A DNA stretch of 64,000 nt from a virus: positions 190,268 through 254,267 of the IMG/VR virus record IMGVR_UViG_3300022902_000004. One strand, given 5' to 3'. A program made the translations under genes and the position numbers. The notes beneath the pieces are model-generated. The model was not told the origin of the DNA. It saw nothing but the letters and a program-made list of their open reading frames with translations, and made no database searches. Shown in pieces: positions 63,876-64,000 of the stretch (positions are counted from its first letter, which is position 1; the number at the start of each line of letters is the position of its first letter).

Positions 63876-63905
63876 ATTATACCACGATTTTCGGTGCTTT
63901 ACACG
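63876..63905 (-). promoter_or_regulatory. Conserved promoter-like motif copy B (minus strand: CGTGTAAAGCACCGAAAATCGTGGTATAAT)
   Basis: Matches copy A at 26 of 30 positions, and the -10 is TGGTATAAT. It overlaps the last codons of the partial upstream gene. Confidence 0.5.
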
Positions 63906-64000
63906 CGATGATGACAAACTCTTCAGGGTAAAACGCAGCGACGAATCCGTCAATGAGCACGTCATAAATCGGGTCATGGGTCTCCCCGGCGATCTTACCT
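63877..64000 (-). CDS. 3' end of a minus-strand gene entering from beyond the window
   Basis: An open minus-strand frame from 64000 ends …EEFVIIACKAPKIVV at TAA 63879-63877. Only 41 codons are visible. Confidence 0.3.
   Translation of the reverse strand, partial: GKIAGETHDPIYDVLIDGFVAAFYPEEFVIIACKAPKIVV

Noticed and set aside
1-64000. CRISPR arrays, IS elements, integrase or other mobile elements
   Set aside because: There are no regularly spaced direct repeats, no transposase or integrase-like ORFs and no terminal inverted repeats in the window.

Overview
This 64-kb window looks like a densely packed genome of a large tailed phage (myovirus-like). Almost every convincing gene is on the minus strand. 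Many genes have 1-4 nt start/stop overlaps. Only three small genes sit on the plus strand.

The window contains five modules, listed here from high to low coordinate (the direction of transcription).

(i) 54.9-64 kb: DNA/replication-type and miscellaneous genes. These include a RecA-fold ATPase, an Fe-S XPD/DinG-like helicase, a ClpP-like protease, a HAD-domain protein and a plus-strand HExxH protein. A tRNA-like element is flanked by hairpins. A conserved promoter-like motif carrying an extended -10 (TGGTATAAT) recurs here.

(ii) 50.4-54.8 kb: a complete yhbH(DUF444)-spoVR-prkA stress/sporulation-type kinase trio.

(iii) 45.5-50.4 kb: a PIN-PhoH ATPase, a stand-alone sigma-70 region-4 mini-protein on the plus strand, small DNA-binding-like proteins and a divergent GroEL-like protein.

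(iv) 16.6-43.1 kb: a contiguous ~26.5-kb island of about 30 nucleotide-sugar biosynthesis and glycosyltransferase genes. It includes Gmd, a ColD-like 3-dehydratase, Fcl/ColC, split HldE-like heptose activation genes, SDR epimerases, a truncated UDP-glucose dehydrogenase, two E1-alpha/beta-like thiamine-diphosphate enzyme pairs, a B12-radical SAM enzyme, DJ-1/PfpI, cupins, a SAM methyltransferase and at least eight glycosyltransferases. A glycine-rich fibre gene (43.3-45.5 kb) flanks the island on one side.

(v) 0-16.3 kb: a P2/Mu-type baseplate and tail-fibre module (spike, a gp25/W-like protein, a J-like protein and giant fibre proteins), headed by a T4 gp55-like late sigma factor.

The most striking feature is the giant glycan-biosynthesis island embedded between virion structural genes. 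All functional calls are from reading motifs by eye, with no database searches. ORF starts follow the supplied track and may be off by a few codons.
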